DNA from: Candidatus Poribacteria bacterium
Lineage (GTDB): Bacteria; Poribacteria; WGA-4E; WGA-3G
Direction of reading: 5' to 3'
Assembly: GCA_963663765.2 (NCBI GenBank)
Contig: CAXXUA010000004.1
Span: 128,001 to 192,000, forward strand
Length of the DNA stretch: 64,000 nucleotides
Shown here piece by piece: positions 60,440 to 64,000 of the stretch. Below the pieces are notes generated by a model, which did not search any database, was not told the origin of the DNA, and saw nothing but the letters and a program-made list of their open reading frames with translations. Position 1 is the first letter of the stretch, and the number at the start of each line of letters is the position of its first letter. The translations under genes were made by a program, and so were the position numbers.

Positions 60440-61399
60440 TTAATTTATAACATCCTGAATCTGACCTGTTTCTAATGAGCGATTTGCTGCGAGGGTAACA
60501 GCGAGTGTCTTTAGTGCATCTGCATAGGAAGATCGAACTAATCCCATATCGTTTGCATCTACTGCTTTCACAAATTGCTCTATTTGCCTATAATAACCCG
60601 CTTCTGTTCCGTTATAGTCAATTGATTCACTGCGAACATGTCCCCGTAAACCGTTATCATGAGTGAATTTAAGGTAAATGTCATCACCGACTAATTCGGA
60701 AGCGAAACCTTCGTGTGCGCGGGCAACACAGGTGCTTGTAACACTTGCGACTGCGCCATTTGTGAACTTCAAATTACAAACCGTACATTCTTCAAAATCT
60801 GCAATGCCGTTTGAAACATCTTTGATACCGAATGCATGCACACTGTCTACATCTCCAAGGAAGTACCGGATGAAATCAAAGACATGGGTTGTTTGTTCAA
60901 CCATTTGTCCTCTGGAGACTTCGTACTTTCCCCACCAGGGATGGTTTGCTCCCATCCTTGTCAAAAACCGTCCGATACCCATTGTTAGTGTAATATCTCC
61001 AACTAACGTTTTTGCTTTTTCAGAGATGTCACTATACCGTGCCATATAACCAACCTGATTGATGACACCTGAGTCGTTGATTGCATCAAGAGTTTTTTGT
61101 GCAGTTTCCAAATCCTGTGCGACAGGTTTTGCGACAAAGACAGCTGCCCCAGTATTGGCAGCATCAGCGACTTGAGTTGCATGTGCGCCTGGGGGTATAC
61201 AGGTAAAGACGACATCTAGTTTCTCTTTCTGTAGCATATCTTGATGGTCAGTGTATGCTGTAGCGTTTTCTTCTGAGGCAATTGCTTTAGCACGGTCTGC
61301 GTTGATGTCGCATACAGCTGTAATGGGTTGTTCTAATTTTCTTAGACTATTACGGTAATTCCCCGCAATACCACCAACGCCAATAAATGCAATTTTCAT
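60440..61399 (-). CDS. Gfo/Idh/MocA family oxidoreductase
   Basis: IGVGGIA, AVCD, VAKPVA, QVGY and EQTTHVFD motifs. Confidence 0.92.
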   Translation of the reverse strand: MKIAFIGVGGIAGNYRNSLRKLEQPITAVCDINADRAKAIASEENATAYTDHQDMLQKEKLDVVFTCIPPGAHATQVADAANTGAAVFVAKPVAQDLETAQKTLDAINDSGVINQVGYMARYSDISEKAKTLVGDITLTMGIGRFLTRMGANHPWWGKYEVSRGQMVEQTTHVFDFIRYFLGDVDSVHAFGIKDVSNGIADFEECTVCNLKFTNGAVASVTSTCVARAHEGFASELVGDDIYLKFTHDNGLRGHVRSESIDYNGTEAGYYRQIEQFVKAVDANDMGLVRSSYADALKTLAVTLAANRSLETGQIQDVIN

Positions 61400-61459
61400 A
61401 TCAATCTCCTTTGATTTTATGTACTACCATTTCAAATATTTAATCTATTTTTAGTTTAC

Positions 61460-62090
61460 TATAACGACTTGTGCCAGTTAACTAAATGTTTATACTAAAT
61501 TCACATATATTGGGTGTGGTATATAAACATTTCGTCCCTACGGGTCTAAAGATCATCCAAAGCAAAAGAACGACGGTTAAATCCTCTTGTCTATGTGAAG
61601 TAATTTTTAATAAATAGTTATTTAGCACAAGTCGCTACTTTCAGGCAATTGGTAATTTTTTCTGTACACGAATCTTGTCTATGACTGGGTTTTTCCTAAG
61701 AAAAAATTACCAATTTTACCAATTAGTAACTTAACGTAAATTGAGCAATATCCTGATTTGTACCAGTTAGCTAAATATTTATACTAAATTCACATATGTT
61801 GGGTATGATATATAAACATTTCGTCCCATAAGCGTCAATTTAAGGATTTTGACCTCTTGTGGGAGGGGTTTTCAACCCCGATTTTACGCGCTTTTCCTCT
61901 CAAATCGGGGTTGAAAACCCCTCCCACAAGAGAAACACCAACACTTTTTTCTTAAATTGACGCCTATGGATATATAAACATTTCGTCCCTATAGGACTGA
62001 ATATCGTTTCAACCTATGAGGGACACCTGCTAAACGTTATGCTTATGTAAAACAATGGTTTACATAAAGTCATTTAGTACAACTCGTTCC
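61460..62090. repeat. Nested REP/MITE cluster
   Basis: Repeated ATATAAACATTTCGTCCC motifs and a hairpin element at 61828-61968 shared with 44034-44175. Confidence 0.7.
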
Positions 62091-62105
62091 TATAGAATAT
62101 TCTGT

Positions 62106-62960
62106 TTAATCAAGTTGTGGGTCGAGAGCATCTCGGAGTGCATCTCCGAGAAGATTGAAACCCAATACAACAAGAAAAATAGCCAAACCGGGGGAAGTTA
62201 CAGCTAACGGTGCTCTACGAATATGTTTAGTGTTTTCATTGAGCATAGCACCCCACTCGGGAATCCCGATCTCTGCCCCGAGTCCTAGAAAACTAAGTCC
62301 TGCAGCGTCTAAAATAGCAGCACCTATGCCAAGTGTTGCTTGAACAATCAATGGTGCAAGACAGTTGGGAAGAACAGTTGTGAATAGAATGCGTAAATCA
62401 CTTGCCCCGATAACCTTTGCTGCTGTGACATAATCCAATTCACGGACTTTTAAAACAGATGCACGCAAGATCCGTGCATACTGTGGAATATAGACAATTG
62501 ACACAGCGATGATTGCGTTTGTAAGGCTTTGCTCCAAAATAGTAACGATGACCATTGCCAGCAAGATACTCGGCATCGCAAGAAGCATATCCATCACACG
62601 CATGATTAGATTGTCTAACCACCCACCGTAGTAACCTGCAAATGCACCGAACACTGCACCGAAACCGAGTGAAAATGTCATTGCGATGAATCCAACCCAC
62701 AATGAGATTCTTGCACCAAATAATACTCTGCTGAATACATCACGACCAGTGCCGTCGGTTCCAAGACGATACTCAGTAGACCAATCTTTGAGTCGGTTTG
62801 CTATGTCCGTATTCATCGGATCATGTGTTGCAATTAGTGGAGCAAGGAGTGCTATCACGAAGAAAAAAATGATGATTGACGCGCCAATAATTGCTGAAGG
62901 ATGTCGCAGCAATTTGCGTAAGACAAGATGCTGTCCTGTTGAACGTGTGTTTGTGTTCAT
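62106..62960 (-). CDS. Peptide/nickel ABC transporter permease (DppC-like)
   Basis: LGTDGTGRDVFSRV, AAGLSFLGLG..PEWG and FNLLGDALRDALDP motifs. Confidence 0.95.
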   Translation of the reverse strand: MNTNTRSTGQHLVLRKLLRHPSAIIGASIIIFFFVIALLAPLIATHDPMNTDIANRLKDWSTEYRLGTDGTGRDVFSRVLFGARISLWVGFIAMTFSLGFGAVFGAFAGYYGGWLDNLIMRVMDMLLAMPSILLAMVIVTILEQSLTNAIIAVSIVYIPQYARILRASVLKVRELDYVTAAKVIGASDLRILFTTVLPNCLAPLIVQATLGIGAAILDAAGLSFLGLGAEIGIPEWGAMLNENTKHIRRAPLAVTSPGLAIFLVVLGFNLLGDALRDALDPQLD

Positions 62961-63979
62961 TTTGCTTCGTCTCCTACACGGATGCGTGGGTCAAAGTATG
63001 CATACAATAGGTCAACAACGAGATTAACGAACATAAACAGAGCGGAAACAAATAGGACTCCACCTTGTACGGCGCGTACATCACGTGCTTCAACTGATGC
63101 GCGTAGCCATGAACCGAGACCGGGCCAAGAAAAGATGTGTTCGGTTAAGATGGCACCTCCCATCAGATACCCAAATTCAAGACCGATGATTGTCAAGACA
63201 GGCACCATGCTATTCTTCAATGCATGTTTGATAATCACCACCCATTTTGATAATCCTTTAGCATAAGCGGTTGTAATAAATGGTTGATTTAGGACTTCAA
63301 GCAAACTTGACCGGGTCATTCTTGCTATTATTGCCAATGGAATTGTTCCTAATGTAATAGCGGGAAGTATTAGGTGTGCAATTGCATTTTTAAAAGCTTT
63401 TGCGTTTCCAGCAATTAGCGTATCTATTAGATAGAAACCAGTATGTGATTCAATATCTAAGCTTAACACTGTATCTAAACGTCCGGTGGCTGGTAGAATA
63501 TCCCACAGATGTGAAAAGAGTAAAATAAGCATCAAACCAAGCCAGAAGATCGGGATTGATATTCCTGCGAGAGATATTGACATGGACAAATAATCAAATA
63601 ATCTCCCTCTAAATACAGCTGCGATAATACCAAAGAAAATACCGAATATGATTGAGAATATCATCGCTGCAAGCGTTAATTCGGCAGTTGCAGGAAAATA
63701 CTGTTTGATTTCTGCAACAACAGGTTGGTTGGTTTTGAAGGAGTGTCCTAAATCAAGGTGTGCAAGATCCCAAAGAAATATTCCGTATTGGTATACTAAG
63801 GGTTTATCAAGTCCTAAATCTTCACGGATTTGTGTTAGAACTTCTTGGGTTGCACGTTCTCCAGCAATAATAAGAGCAGGATCTCCAGGTATCAGGTGAA
63901 CCATCAAGAATACAAGGATTGACACACCAAGAAGTGATAAACCGATAGATAGGAATCGTTGAATTAAAAAGGAGAGCAA
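62957..63979 (-). CDS. Peptide/nickel ABC transporter permease (DppB-like)
   Basis: IPGDPA, GLDKPL, ARMTRSSLLEVL, AKGL and HALKN motifs. Confidence 0.95.
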   Translation of the reverse strand: MLSFLIQRFLSIGLSLLGVSILVFLMVHLIPGDPALIIAGERATQEVLTQIREDLGLDKPLVYQYGIFLWDLAHLDLGHSFKTNQPVVAEIKQYFPATAELTLAAMIFSIIFGIFFGIIAAVFRGRLFDYLSMSISLAGISIPIFWLGLMLILLFSHLWDILPATGRLDTVLSLDIESHTGFYLIDTLIAGNAKAFKNAIAHLILPAITLGTIPLAIIARMTRSSLLEVLNQPFITTAYAKGLSKWVVIIKHALKNSMVPVLTIIGLEFGYLMGGAILTEHIFSWPGLGSWLRASVEARDVRAVQGGVLFVSALFMFVNLVVDLLYAYFDPRIRVGDEAK

Positions 63980-64000
63980 TAGTCAAGCCTCATACGGCAT

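Noticed and set aside
9539-63899. Numerous short antisense or alternate-frame ORFs overlapping called genes
   Set aside because: They are shadow ORFs with no RBS or recognisable motifs.

Overview
Bacterial defence-island-rich window. The host is probably a Poribacteria-like sponge symbiont; this is an inference from the Uma2, FRG-TPR and CotH-ankyrin genes and the dense GTAG-type REP/MITE repeats. 1-18.2 kb is a complete type I CRISPR-Cas locus on the minus strand: about 74 repeats, cas2, cas4-cas1, an inserted four-helix-bundle gene, cas6, cas3', stand-alone HD cas3'', cas5, I-D-like cas7, an HD-less large subunit with a hidden cas11 start, DUF3800 and a WYL regulator. The best find lies between WYL and DUF3800: a self-promoted degenerate mini-array. 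Its single spacer matches the predicted transcription start of the DUF3800 promoter at 14/15 nt, with the only mismatch at position 6 and a GTG PAM. A separately promoted ~50-nt RNA converges on DUF3800. Together these suggest a candidate CRISPR-repressed DUF3800/ncRNA module. 19-34 kb is a phosphorothioation island: sspBCD, a PbeABCD-like module, a second sspD, a GIY-YIG gene and a DGQHR gene. 39-45 kb holds a TIGR04255-WDGY-ART-like triad plus a paralogous pair. 47.8-51.4 kb is Zorya type II. Further on are decayed or unnamed ATPase defence genes and housekeeping sugar and peptide transport/catabolism genes. All family calls come from motif recognition by eye; no searches were run.
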